From assembly GCA_036172245.1 (NCBI GenBank), contig JAYWIR010000003.1, positions 1,612,001-1,676,000 of the forward strand: a stretch of DNA of 64,000 nucleotides, read 5' to 3'. Under the pieces are notes generated by a model that had not been told where the DNA came from, did not search any database, and saw only the letters and a list, made by a program, of their open reading frames with translations. Position 1 is the first letter of the stretch; every line of letters starts with the position of its first letter. This document shows, in pieces, positions 1 through 13,300 of the stretch. The position numbers were made by a program, and so were the translations under genes. Origin of the DNA: Raillietiella orientalis (Eukaryota).

Positions 1-1040
1 AAGTCGATGCCTTAACGACCCCGTCTACAGGAAGTAATCCTGCTTTTATACGCGCCGCGCTCTTGAGAAGAGCACTTGCGTACGAAGAGCTATTCGTGAT
101 GACAAAGAATCTATCAACATGCTCACGTGAGAAATGCGTACTGCTTGCGTCGAAGAACTAATCTTCCTCAGCTTGTTGATCAGTTTTCAAGATTCAGAGG
201 ACTTAAAGGTTCTCGGGTAACGTCGTGCCGTTTGCTGCATTTCCGATGATCCTCTTCAAAGTCATGCCAACGACGAAACCAAAAGTCACATGGCGCCTTC
301 GAGTCTTTAAGATTCAGTCTTCTCGGTTTCCTCTCGGATGAAAATTTCTTCTCTCGTTTCTTACAGGACGTGTCGACCGAGTTCCCAAAGAGCAACGTTC
401 CTGGAGCTACCAACCGAGAGTCAGACCGAGGAGCTCTTCGAGGTTTGTAAGATATCTTTCCGGATCGGTTTCCTATCTAGAAAAGCAAGCAGAACGAAAG
501 AGGAAGCTGAGATTCGATCCACTACTTTCCCCTCTCACTGGGGTGACACGAGGGTGGAGATGAGCGTGGCGCGGCATGGAGTTTCGGGGTACACGCAACT
601 CGGTGCGAGGGACGCCTTTCCAACGCAACGCTCGTTGCGGACGACCGCGGGCGTGCTGCAACACCGAGCTGCAACCAGAGAGTCAGCAGGCGTTTGCAGG
701 AATGTAGGTGTGGGTCCTGCGCGAGAGTTAATGGTGGAGAGGTCACCATTGCTGCTCGATCCCGCGAATGCTGCTTCACCTCCCATGGAGATGTTCATCT
801 GCTGCGCATCTTGAAAGAAGCATCGGTCTGCAGAGTAGTCTGACTAAGGAACCTGCAGGCCAACTCCCGCTCGAGTCCTTGAGCTTCATCAGCAGAAGGT
901 TTTGGAGGTAGAAAGAGGCCATCAGCAATGACTGCTTTGCATCTTCGAATGGACTGGGCTGCAATAAGAAAGCGATTTGCAGGACAATTCGAATTTCGAG
1001 CAAGCGGAGATTCGAATTGCCCTGAGGCTTATGATATATC
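1..1040 (-). mobile_element. Degenerate non-LTR retrotransposon RT fragment (L1/Tx1-like)
   Basis: Minus-strand frames give remnants in RT order: 'VAARCCSTPAVVRNERCVGKAS', then 'KRHDVTREPLSPLNL' (cf. RGVRQGDPLSPLLF), then 'SSYAS' at the expected YADD position. Many frameshifts. Confidence 0.45.
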
Positions 1041-1289
1041 ACATAATGTTAGAGTTAGTTTCAGGGTTCTCTTGTGCCGCTAAGTTCCTGAAGCAGATCT
1101 TCACTCGAGATGACCAATACTTTATAACATAGTCAGACAGCATCGAAAATCTCCCGCCACCATATTTGCTGGAAATCAGAAAACCAATGTCCAAAATTCC
1201 TTCGCAGATTCAGAATGTGCTTTTCTTTTGGCTCGTGGAGAGTGATAATTTCTATGCCACTACTCGAAACTACAAGATGGAAAGAAAGA

Positions 1290-2330
1290 GATCAAAGTTT
1301 CCAGCCTTCTGTCATGGGAACGCAATTTCCCACCCGTGCCCATGCGTTTCCGTCTTTTCCAGAGGCATTAAAAATCCCGTTCTCATGGAGCTGGTCACGC
1401 GTGGCAGCAGTGCTTGCGACAGTACAATGCCTGCCGTGTCTCCACATGTAGGTCCGTAGGTCTGCCACTGGCTGCTCCTGTCCCTGGAGAGTCCCAGCGT
1501 GAGCGAGTGGGAAAAGCTCACCCCCCTTGCTGCAAGGATCGCCTCCTTGAGAGCAGAGGATGAGAGAAGCTAATCGGCGAGCTGGGAAGTCTCTTGCGAG
1601 ATCGCAGTTGGGAGGAACCAAATGCGTGGTTGGAGCACGGGAGCAGCTGACCCACGCTGCGATCGGAAGTGCCCTTCCAAGTTGACTTGCAGGCTGGAGT
1701 GAGCTGCTCGGTATCCGTAAGGAAGACCTGAAGTGGCCCCCGCCGCTCGCGGGCGGCAGCGCTTCCCTCCTGAAGTGACAAAATTCGGCACTTCCACTGT
1801 TGCACCGGGGTCTTCCTTTCACCTCCCGCCCAAACCGATGGACGCTGGTGAGAACCAGCGCAGACTGGCGCAGTTGAGAGGAACGCGAATCCCTCCCGTT
1901 CCTGCCTGTGGGCAGTGCGTCCCAATGGCCTCTGCGAAAACGTTTAGAGAAGACCCTTCGCACCCCGGCAGGCAACCCCAATGACATTTTCTTGCTCCAT
2001 TTCATGAGCTGCTCTGAAGCTAACCGCAGCACTTGCAACATCTCGCTACATCCACAGGATTGTGGCGGCCTGCGACGGCGCTGAAGGAGCACCGAACGCG
2101 GAGTATGCTATGGGGTGGGGAATTCGCTTGATGAGGATAGCAGCCGGATGGTCCCAGACGGGTGCATTTAGGGTCGAGCTAGGCGGAATCGGATGGTCGC
2201 TACGCATCAAGAGATGCTGCTTATTCCGAGTGCCAGTGCCGACAGCCGGGGGAAAGTCCGGGAGCCTTAGCAGTCGTAGTCGATCTGCATGAAATGTCGG
2301 ACTGTGTCCATCGGCAGCTTCCGCAGCTCC
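1290..2330 (+). mobile_element. Diverged 3' fragment of Tx1/L1-like LINE family A
   Basis: gctggagtgagctgctcggtatccgtaaggaagacctgaagtggccc (~1694) aligns with ~28182 and ~63411. cgaatccctcccgttcctgcctgtgg (~1886) matches the CCHC-coding segment at ~63588. Confidence 0.55.
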
Positions 2331-2369
2331 TGGGGCGCATCACCTTGCCGACGCACCTCCTTCTTCAAT

Positions 2370-5300
2370 TGTGCTCCTGTTGGCGTTCACGTTAGTGGAT
2401 TTCCAGTTCAGCGGCTGCCACTCGTACGGAGATGCCGTCCGCAGAGGCACGGATGACAGCTTAAGTCCTTTGCCAGTCAGCATCTTCTTCGATTTGGTAC
2501 TGAAGGAGTACAGGCTGACGTTGGTGAATGAATCATCTCCTGCCCGTGGACGCCGGCCGTGGAATGCGGACGACTCTCTTCTTCTGTTGCCTATGTCCAC
2601 CCTGGCAGCAAGGCTTGAGTAATTCTTGGAGGTGATCCGCCGTGGTGCGGGCGTGAGCATCAACATGGCGAGATGCATGGACTTAACGATGGAAGGGACG
2701 TCGTAGAGGGTGCAGGCCGACCGGATTCTCCTGGGAGTCCCCACGGGCAGGTACTTCAAGTACCTTGTCGTACCATTGAGCGCCTTATGCGCTGCAGAAA
2801 CGTGGTCGGCGTGCCTCCGAAAGGCAGACTAGACATTCGGCCCGCTCGTCGACAACAAGTTCATCTTGTCGGAGCGGACCTTCACCCGGAACACTTTTGG
2901 TTGTTCCATCCTTCGTTCCTTGCTTTTTGTTTGCCCTCGCCCCCATTTGGTAAAGATCCGGCTAAACGTCTACCAAGAAAGGCCGTTCCCGCACCTCTGA
3001 GGGGCAATTTTTCCGATGAAGCTTTCCAATTTTTCCGGTGAAGGAGTGAAACGACGCAATTTGTCCTTCCGACATATACTTTCCTGTTTCGTCTCGAGGA
3101 TTTTTCACAAGAGCAGCCAATAGTTCTTCCGTTGACGGAGGGCAACCCACTTTGCGGTCTCCTTCGCATTGACACGTCTGCATCTTCACAAGAAGCAGTC
3201 TCCTCATCACTTGGGAATATCGTTAGTACCATTACCAGCATTTCTTCCTGACTGTAATGAGATGCATAATTCGATCAGAGCATGGCAGACGAGTGGTGTT
3301 CTCGCTGACGCTTGTGATCAGGTGCGGCTGCATCACGAGTTTTGTTCTTTTACTTCGGGTCGCACAGCTCAGTTTCGCCAGCTCATTTTTCAGCTCAGTT
3401 TGATTGATGGCACGTGATCGCTTGGCGCAAACGATGATCCACTGGTGCCAGAAACATGTTGCGGACCCCGTGGCGCCGTGAGCTGTCTAGCGGTACGGGA
3501 CTTCCGCAAGCATAGAAGCCGCGAGGGCGAAGAAATGCAGCTCGCTGCTCGTACGCTTCCGAGGCCCTTGGCGCCCGGCCGTTCTCACGAGTGCAATCCG
3601 GTTGAGCGCTACGGAAAAAGCGCCAAATCGCCGCCAACGAGCTCTTACGGGATACCTCCCACGAGATCACCTCCTCGTTGTGACTCAACAGTCTCTTATT
3701 TCATACGAGAGCTTCGTCTTGATTTGGCATTCCTGAGAACCGCATTTTCTCTCATACCATGTGATTGGACCGTTTGGGAAGCAAAGCGTTCTCAAGGCAC
3801 TCGAGAACTGGTTGTAACTTTCGTGGTTTCCGAGTGCAGCCGCAAGACCCCGGACTACCGCGATGACCATCCTGAAAGAACGTTGTGCAGCGGAAGACAC
3901 GAGTGCAATCGGAATCCGCTTCGCACGAATTCCGACAGCGAAAAGTCCGAGCACTCTTTCTACCGAATCGATGGGTCCTTGGGGTACCTGACTTGATTTC
4001 CTGCACTCACGCGACACAACTCTCCATTACTTTGGGCTAAGAAACTTTCATCAACAAGCTCGTCCAAGTCTTTCCTGCGATCTCTCACCAGATGTGGCGA
4101 TTTTCCGTCTGCGTTGCAACGCAGCCCTGGCATCCACTGGGCACCTCCTAAAGTGCTCCCAGCCAAAGAACGGCTTTAAATGTCCTAGGAAAAAAAGATT
4201 CGCGCTTCAAATGTAGATCCTCGAGCTTTTGAAAACAGCGAGCTCGACCGTCGAATTCAAGTGCTTGGCGTTGACTGAACTGAAGAGACAGCCATTTCAA
4301 GTCAGAATGACAGAGGATTTTGAACCCCTATCTTGACTTCGACGAGGCCTCCGTGTTTGCTGGACATTGTCCGATATTCGGCGTCGCGCCCTTCTAGCTT
4401 TCTTCCGATTTGTCCGTCTTTGGAGCGCTTCCCTCGCAATTCGACAGGCATCAATTAGCCGCAAAGTCTTCATGCACAGTTGGCGCCCGTCCCAGGGGGA
4501 GGGTACAAGTCGAACATGAACCCAACGTGCACACTCTTAGATGCGAAGTTTGTCTCCTGGGGCAGGATAAACCTTCACAGCACACGATACAATTAGCCTC
4601 GAGATATGAGGGTATCTTCCGTTTTATGGGTTACTCGATCACAACTTCGTGCTCCGAACAAAATTTTAACACGCAATGCTTTCATCGAGAGACCTGCAGT
4701 CGTGTTTGTGGACTCTACTAATGCATTTCCAACTATTAGCAACGACATGTTGATCCACATGTTAAAACCGGCAAGGGTAGGACAAGATTTCCTTGAAGTC
4801 GTCAGAAAACTCTTTCGGATCAACTGCACGTGCAGGAGTCCACGGTCACAAATCATTCATTCTCCAGGGTGGACCAAAGCAGGGATGCCCATTGAGCCTC
4901 TCTGCCGTTCATCGTAGCAATCGAGCCGCTTGCTTGAGTAATCAAGAAGAGTTATGGTGACGATACTCTTTTGGCGTATGCCGAACAACTAGTCTCCTTT
5001 GCGTACTCCGAGGAAGACTTGAGGCAAAGGGTACGTCACTTTGAAAATCTTGCAGCAAGACCTGGTCTCTGGAGTAACTCGGCAAAATGCGTCCCCATGA
5101 TGAATTCCGGAAGGACTCCCGAGAACTGCGTACTCTGAGACTTTAAGCGTGCAGCGATGCGATCACGAACACATCGTTTTTCGATGCACATGGGTATCCA
5201 GGGAAGAAGATAGCGATTGATGTCTATCAAATTACGTCAACAAAAGAGGAGATGGCAAGGCCCTTCCACACTCCGTCCTGTCTTCCTGATAGAAGGTAGA

Positions 5301-6750
5301 TGCCTTAAAACAGTTGTTGTTTCCCAGCACCGTGCGTCATCAGAGGCTGGAACGTATCAAGAAGCAGATAGGAAGAGCCGAGAGGGAGATCAGAATAGAA
5401 GTGAAGACACTGTTGCATCCTCCTCCGAGAGCAACAGACCGGGATTCCTAGAGCAAGAGTAGAAGGAAATGTCTGGTGCTATTGAGGCGTACGAAATATC
5501 CGACGCCTTCATCATCAACAGCTTCTTCAAGCCGATGACACCACCTCGCTGTCGAACATCCAGCCAGGTGGTCACTCTTTTCAGAATTGGTACTAAAAAA
5601 AACTCTTGCAGAAAAGGCAAAGAAGGGGGGGGGAACGCAAAAGCGGCACGCAGAGAACGCGTTTGCAATGGAATGAGGAATATTGGTAAACTTGACGCCC
5701 TCACATCCGACCCTTCAGCTGTATCGGTCGCGTGTTCTAATACTACTGGAGGATTTCAGCGCTCTTGACATCGTAAGTGAGGCAATCGTGACCTACCTGT
5801 CTGACGAGAGAAGGGTGCGGCGAGGTCAGGCAGAGAGCATAGCGTCAGACTGCCTCTGGCTTGGAACAAGTGGAGGACAGGAGGGCGCATTTCACGTCTT
5901 GCCAACTGGGGAGAACTCCTCACGCCGCCAGATTCAGGACTTGGCTTTGGCCGCACACATAGAGAGCTCTTTTGCTCAGTTGAGGTGTCTCCTTTGACGC
6001 TCTGGAAACCTGTATTCAGCAAGCAAAAACCGCGATCCAAGGAGAGACGCTGACGCATGAGAAGAATCTGAGCAAGTGCTACGCATCAGTCTTGCGTGGA
6101 TAAGGGGCAAGCTTCCACGAAGCATCATCCGGCGGAACGTTCAATCCTTAATCTCAAGAAGGCGCAAGAGGGCAAGGAAAACCTCGCGTGTTTTGTGCCG
6201 ACAGCTTGACGCATCCGAATCCACCTCGTTGGTGGGCTGCGAGCCGACCCCCTCTGAAGGTTCCTTCAATGAAGAGAGCCAATCTGAGTCGCCATCGCCT
6301 CCTCGTGGCGCGTACGCTTGCAAACCACCATCGCCGTCAGTGTTCGCCGTGTTTGCTGCTGTCTCAGTACGTCGTTTGGGGATACGGGCACGCGCTTCTT
6401 TCAACACATAAGACGGAATTCTATTTCCTCCCGATATGGTTGCCTGGAAGCAGCAACTGTGCGGAGCAACGCATCGAATATACTGGTCTGGAGCCGTGGG
6501 AAACTAGACGACGCGAAGACTGAATCTCTGCCCTCAGGGAGAAATATCCACTGGCACTGACGTCCATCTGGCTGTATTCGCTGAAGTGCTGAAGACTACC
6601 TGAGCAGCTCAGGTTCTCCCCGTACGGAGTGACAAACTGTCTTGAGTGACCAGCAAATCCCCTTCGTGGAAGCTTTCGAATCGAACGCGCATCCCGAATC
6701 AAGGCTTCTCGTGAGCTTTATTTGCTTCCTGTTCTGCATTCCTCGTGCGA
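2370..6750 (+). mobile_element. Near full-length, heavily decayed L1/Tx1-like LINE (APE endonuclease, RT, C-terminal Cys motif)
   Basis: APE remnants 'CLAVRDFR' (GDFN) and 'LRLDLAFL' (SRID) at ~3480-3740. RT remnants 'AVVFVDSTNAFPTIS' (~4700), 'KQGCPLS..FIVAIEPL' (~4877-4930) and 'AYAEQL' (YADD, ~4974). Cys-rich remnant at ~6450. Confidence 0.75.
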
Positions 6751-6829
6751 TTGGGTTGTAGCCTTCTTTCGCCATTATTCCGGGGAACGTCCGCTTGGAG
6801 GACGCGTGCGTAGTGTCCACTAGACGTGT

Positions 6830-9190
6830 CGCAGGTGCTCCCCGGCGAAGCACAGTGCTTCACAAGTAGCACGCCCTGCCTGGTCGGCCGCGCTGAACCC
6901 GCGCCATTCCGAGCGCATCCCGAGTGCATCGGTCGCTTCCAGCGCCGCATGAACTGCGGAGGTGCCGCACGCCTTCGTCGTGGCCCAGCGGAGTGTCGCC
7001 CACGCCGCAGAGGTGTAGTCCCGCGGTTGCATGCACGCACGCCGACAGCCTCCGGCGGTGCCACCTACGCGCGGCGCACAAAGACGCCCGGCAGTCTACG
7101 AGAAACGCAAGGGAAGGAACTCGCTACCAAAAGCTCGCTCGTGAAGTTGCACAATGCTTCAGAGACGGATGTGCCGCTGGTTATCCAATACTCGGAAGAT
7201 GATGTTCATGAAGATGAGGTGGTCTTCAGCATGGGCGGCAGCGTGAGCCTCCCCACGTTCCGTTTGGCACCATGCGAGGCGCCGTCACCACCGACTGCTG
7301 TCCTCCGCTTTACTATGGCCGGACCAGCTCGTGCGAGCACTGCGACTTCATGGTGAGCCTCTGGCAACTGGACGAGGTGAGTGTGCGGTGCGCTGGCCTC
7401 CGGCACTTCTTCGAGTTGCCTCGGACAACGGACACCGCTTCAGAACTCGCGACGTCGTGCCTAGCGATGGGAGATGGAAGGGTTGCTGCTCCACACCTCA
7501 CGAGGTGTTCGGTTTCACGGAAGGGAAAGCCGTGGGGTCCCAATTTTCTGTTAGGGCGTTACTGCCACCTCCGCAATCCCAGTGAACGGATGCTGCAAAG
7601 GTGTAGCGTGGTGAATTGAGGACGGAGGATGCGGCGTCGAAGTTAGGCCGAGCACCGCCGATGTGACGATACATGACCACCTTTGCACTCAAGTTCGAGG
7701 GAACGCCATCTTTCCCTTCAGCCACAGTGGATGCTTCCGGATACCCATTTTCTGCGTTCTCGAGGATTCCAGGGAGGTGGCTGGAAGGAGGCGTTTCGAA
7801 GTGGCTGCTCTTCGGTTGGAGGATGTCCTTCCTCGAGCCTGCTGTGCGTTCGTCTCCTTACGGTTTGCTGTCTCTAGGGATTCAGGCATTGAAGTGTGGA
7901 GACGACCGTTCTGTTCAATGGGCTCAGCATCGGCTTGCGGAGACAGCCGTGTGGTTCGCAGCTGCGGGCACGGCTCACCGTGCAGCGAACCGTTCTCGAT
8001 GAACTGCAGGAAGCCAGATGACAGCTACGAGGCCCCGCGTGTCGAGCCGGAGCGAGCGTCCCTGCTCTGGTGCGCTGTTATCTGCCCACCCGTGCCATCT
8101 CTTCATCCGACCGAAGGCTCCTCCCACGTGCCAGTTCAACCGTGCCAATGAACCTTTCTGGCAATTTTCTACCTCTGTGCGGGGATCAGCTGCCGTTCCC
8201 AGGAGATGCGGCGCGCTGCTGCAAGACTTCCCCCAGCTTCAGCTTCCTTCAGTCTCCCGCCGGTGTGACAAGGAAGGCGGCCTTCGCCGCGATCGACAAA
8301 TAGCCCCCTTCCTCCGCGTGCCATTACAAGTCCAGAGAAGCGGCCGTCGCCAGGTGAACTCGCTTGCAGCGACGCAGAGCAGAGTGATGGTTCTTTCCAA
8401 TGGTCCAGAGAGGCGACGATCGGAAAGGGGCGGCGATGACTGAGCGGCGTCTCGGCATGCGGGAGGCAGGCATCTGGGCGTGGTGCAGATTATTCAGTGC
8501 TCCAAAGAGATTCTCCCAGGATAGCGAGACATAACCACAGTGGCCCTTTGGGGTGTAGGCAGGGCGCAGAAGGAAGGGTTCTGCGTTTCTGATTTGCGGG
8601 GAAACGAAAGCGACGCCTTCTTGTGTCAAACGTGCGTTTGTGTGCTCGTGGTGATCTTCGGCCTGCTGAAGCGAGCTCGCACGTCTCGCGACAAAGCGCA
8701 TTCTGCATACATCGCGTAAATGGACACCCATGGGCTGCTGCCCGCTCGCGTTCCGTCGCTTGGTGTCATCCTGAGGGGAGAGAAAGTGTCCTGAGTGCGC
8801 GCTCGGGAAACAAGTCGCGATTCGTATGGTCTTCTGGGACGCTCCTCCTCGGGCATCTGGAGGTCTCTTCGAACCCACGAACGCGCTGCCTCATCTGAAC
8901 CCGCGGACGCCACCGTCCACTATTCCTCTCTTTCTGCAAACGATCGCGCCGGGTAGTGCAGAGTGAGGCTGCGTATGCCGGGTGTTGCGAAGGACCTCAG
9001 GTTTAGCGCACGCTCCCCTCACCTGCAGACGCCTTGTCACGGTGCGTCCCATCCGTCAAGCGATCTCCTGCTGCATCGGGGAGGAGGGAGAGGAATTCGG
9101 TGCATTTTCCCTACTTCGGTCTGTCGTCCTCCAACCTGCCACGCATGCTCCGCCCTTTCCCGACAGAAGCGCTCATGTTCTGCTGCTTCC
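6830..9190 (+). mobile_element. Second decayed LINE (RT plus CCHC region)
   Basis: 'HEVFGFTEGKAVGSQFSVRALL' (QxGFxxGRS, ~7500), 'VGGCPSSSLLC' (QGCPLSPLL, ~7815), 'ALKCGDD' (YADD, ~7890) and 'CVCRVLRRTSGLAHAPLTC' (CCHC, ~8970-9027), in the correct order and spacing. Confidence 0.5.
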
Positions 9191-9199
9191 TTCCTGCGA

Positions 9200-9970
9200 G
9201 CGAGCTTGGGCGCTGAGCGCTCCCGCACGCCTACGCGGCCGCCATGGTCAACGCGTGGGGAGGTATGGTCGCCGCCGCGAAGCGCGCTGCGGCCGCGGCG
9301 TGCCTTTCTGCGGGTCACAGGGCGAGCGCAGGAACCTTCGCGAGGGTGGTTGCCGCCGCTGTTGTGCTGTGCGCCGTGCCGCGGGGGCGCGAGCGCGGCG
9401 CGCCTTTCTCGTTCTCGCTTCTTCGCCTCGGCTGCCGTGCCCGCTGGCATGCGTGCCCGGACGGGTTTGCCTCCTCGCGCACGTGCGCCAGCACGTCGTT
9501 GTGGCGCTTCGTCTCGATGATCCGCCCGCGATCGCGGCGGCGGCATCGATAGCTTCTCGCCCGTTTCTCCAAGACGAAGGCGCATGAATGCGCGTTCGTG
9601 CGCCCTCGAATGCAGCGCATTGGAGGAGTGACTCAACTTTCATCCGTTTTGATCTGCGCCCGACCGTCCCGGGCCGGTCGGGCGCACAGCTCTTGCGCGG
9701 GTGGGGGATCTCTTGCGCGGCGGAGTGGAGGAGAAGCTGCCACGATAGCCCTCTCTGTCAACTGGAGCGCGCTGCAGTTTTCGAGTGGCAACGCGGCTGG
9801 GGTGCTGACGCGCGGCTGGACGCAGCTTCACCCTGTGCGACCACGTTCGCTGTCGCAGGCGGCGTCTTGGCTGGGCGAGGACCCGGGACTGCCTTGAAGA
9901 TGCTTCCGGTGCACCTCGGGCGACGTGCAAGAGGTGCGCGCAGCCGCCGTAGTCGTGGCGGTTCCGGGCT
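9200..9970 (-). mobile_element. Possible remnant of the C-terminus of an RLE-type non-LTR element
   Basis: Minus ORF 9315-9620 contains 'ETKRHNDVLAHV', resembling the RHN/RHD motif that follows the CCHC finger in R2/NeSL/R4 elements. Extremely GC-rich and otherwise eroded. Confidence 0.3.
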
Positions 9971-10399
9971 TTGATACGGACAAGATTCCTGTCGCTGCAA
10001 GAGAGAAATTAGGTGCTGCTTTCGGTTGGAAGGGGTAGCAGGGATCCCGTGAAGGACAGTTGCCGGTGATTTCCGGATGGTTGTAAGGGAGGTGTGGCGT
10101 CAGCTGGGTAAGTCCCCAGATGAGGGCAATCTTTCGCAAGGGGGAATCGCTCTGGGAGGCCTCAGGTTCACCGGATGGTCTGCTTGCAAAAATTGACCCT
10201 GAAACTTATTCAGTTGTGAGGAATTAGTTTGAAACTCATTTGTACTTTAGGAAGGCATGGTTTGAACTTTCTATGAAGTGCCTTTGATGCATATATAAGA
10301 TCTTGCCGCTTTCATCTCTTTCTTAACGTCTAAGATCGAAGTGGCGATACGAATTTAGGAGATGCCATCAGGCTGGGAAGACTGCACTGTTCATGGATA

Positions 10400-13300
10400 C
10401 AAACTGATTTTCAGGAGAGGCTGAGTTAGTACCGTGCTCTTCAATCTATCTGATGAGTGCAATGCCTATTGTAGTTATAGGAACAATCGGAGTTCAATTT
10501 GCCAGCAGTCATCTCTGAAACTCGAAATTGGTGTGGGATGGTAGCCGTCGTGACTCATCTCATTATACAGTCTGCTGGAAAATTTTGTACGGCAGTGGGC
10601 ACTAAAACTCATGATCTGCAGGAAGAATTGTTGTTGGTGATTTGGTTGGATCTAAGAACATCCCTTTCCTTATGTGATCTCCTCTTGACGTGCGTCGACT
10701 TGGAATGATTGGTGGGTTCATCATTCTAGCAAAATTAGAAGCAACAATCTACAAAAGGCTCAACATGATTTTGTTGTGTGCGAAATTATCACTTTGCATA
10801 CAGCTGACACAACCAACAAACTGATGCAAGGTGCGCTTCAGGAGGTACAGAATTGGTGTCTCTCGACAGAAGAGACATTGGAAAGCAGCAATTGAGTGTA
10901 GTGGGTCTTCTGGGAAGGGTCCATGAATGCCATGATGCAAAGTCAATCTTTTCAGAAAATGCAATGTGTCCATTACACAAGACAGCTGGTTGCATAAGGC
11001 TTGCACTCACAAAAATGCTTTCTTCATCATCCACTGAGCATCGGCTTCCACCAGATTTCCATCTGTTTGGAAGGAAGATCGAGAGTTAAGAGCGATACAG
11101 ACTAAGAAGACTTTTTGCAAACATGAGAACCAGAATTACTTTCTATAAGGAGAAAGAGAACTTTGATAAAAATGTATGCAATGCGTGGACATGTGCTTGC
11201 ATCCGTTTCTGCAGCCTGGTTTTAGCTCTTGGCGCCAAAACACGTAGAGAAATACAAAAAAATTGGGTAGTGAGCAGGAAATTTCTCTATAACGAGCGCG
11301 ACCCTGGAAATGCATTCCTCATTCTTAAGGTTCACGCACTGTCATGCACTGTACTGAGCATCTTATGCCATTTTCTTGTGCTTGGCATGAATATTCAAGC
11401 AAAAGATGCATTTTAGTAGGAGCACATGGAGATGTTGAGAAGATGGAATCGCATCCGATCTTTCCTTCGTTTCCATTCTAGTCATATCTCTGTCCACCTT
11501 GAGCAAAATAATTCTTTTCCCTTTCGAAGCATGATGAGTGAAGAACATCTGCTGCTGATAGCATTCCACCTTTCTGTGTTGTTTTTCTGATTTGGGGAAG
11601 CATCGGTGGAGCATTTTCAGAATGAAGGTCATAAAGACATGTATCCAGAGACAAGATCCAGATTTAAATTTGGTCTCTTTCTTCTTGAAAAAGGACTTTG
11701 ATTTCTCAGCGCAGCACTCACTCACTCCAGACCGTATCTGTTGGAATTCACTCTGCAGCACAGCATCCAATCCAGATTTAACGTTGATTCTCTTGCTCCC
11801 ACGTATGTAACAAATTGTTAGCTGCAGCCCTCACATCCTGCACAAATACTGTGGAAGAGCCCATGTAAAGTTATTCATGGTCGGAAATCGTGAAACCCAA
11901 AAGTCTTGCCATGTAATTTGAAGGGTTTGGTGCAGCTTTCTTCGAAGGCACCCACCCATTACGATCTAAAGAACAAAAATGATCGAATGCTGTGGATCAA
12001 ATTCTGGATCATTACGATGACGTCAGTGACTCATTATTCTCATGCATATTCATTTTCCTCCGGATAGAATCACAGCACGTCTTGAGTTGTGAAATTGGAG
12101 CACAGTTCTCCAAGCACTGGCCAGCTACTGCTTGGCAAGAAGCGCATCTTGCTAGCAAGACCTGTTTTCCCCTGACCTGCTTTTCCTGACAAGAAATCCA
12201 TAAATCAAGGACTCACACTTCATTGCTACACGTAGCTGCTTTTCTTTATTTTCGTGAATGCTTGCGTCCGATTGCTTTTGCTTGCTCTTGCTCCAAAGCA
12301 GGCTCTGAAACGTTAGTTCCAGAAGGAATCCCATTTTCTCTCACATATGCAGCCATCATCATTCTCATGTCTTCCTTGAACGACAGACGAGTCCTTCGTT
12401 TGCCCCAACTGCGTTACGGTCTCGCCTAGGTTTATTCAGGTCTGATTGCAAGATGGGAACTGACGTAGATCACAAGTGATTAGCAGATGTTTCCAGGGAA
12501 AACAAAGAACTTAATAACAAGTGGTGCAACTTGGAAAAAGCAATTACTTCTATGTTCCAATTATGTTTACATGCATTGTCTTGTAGGTTGCCTCATTCTC
12601 AAGAATCCTCAAGATGCGGCTACCTTGCGATGGACGTTAGCATTCCATTTACGCCAAATTAACAGCTGATGAGATTGTAGCAAGGAAGTTATCCTGGAAT
12701 AAAACGAGTGCCGATCACTTCAATATCTTCCTCATGTTTCTTAAAAGAATTTTCACGTGAAGGCGAATAACATACACAATGCTTAACTAAGTAAGGAACA
12801 AACGCATACAATGAGCAAAAGGTAACTGGTGAGTTTGTTTGGCTGAGGATACACACTGAACTGTGGTCCATTATCTGCCGTGTTTGCGCATCAGTTTTCG
12901 ATGGTGTTGTGGGTGCACACGATTGGAACCGTACTCGCCATCCAACATCATCGTCAGTGTGACGGCATCTCTCTCATTGCGCGGAGCAAAAAGCCATTTC
13001 ATGTATCTTGCCTGGGCGCCTTTCGGAGAGTGGTCAGTTCCCGTGAAAGCTCACGGGCAGAACCGAGACTTTCCTGCCTCAGCTTATTTCGCAGCACAGG
13101 TTACTCGGACGACGGACTGAATCGCCACGGTCTCGACACGAGATGATACCAAATAAGAAATGAGTAACTCCTGTACCTGTTTTCCCAGCGGCTGTGAAGG
13201 ACGCCGTGATGCTTGCAGCCATGCAAGCTGCTTAACGTCGTTTCCCGCGATTCGCACACCACCGGATCACGCAGCCCGCTTGTGCAACTTATCGCTTGAA

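Noticed and set aside
8963..10000. Many overlapping 100-200 aa ORFs on both strands
   Set aside because: Expected from extreme GC content; Arg/Ala/Gly-rich translations with no coherent domain.
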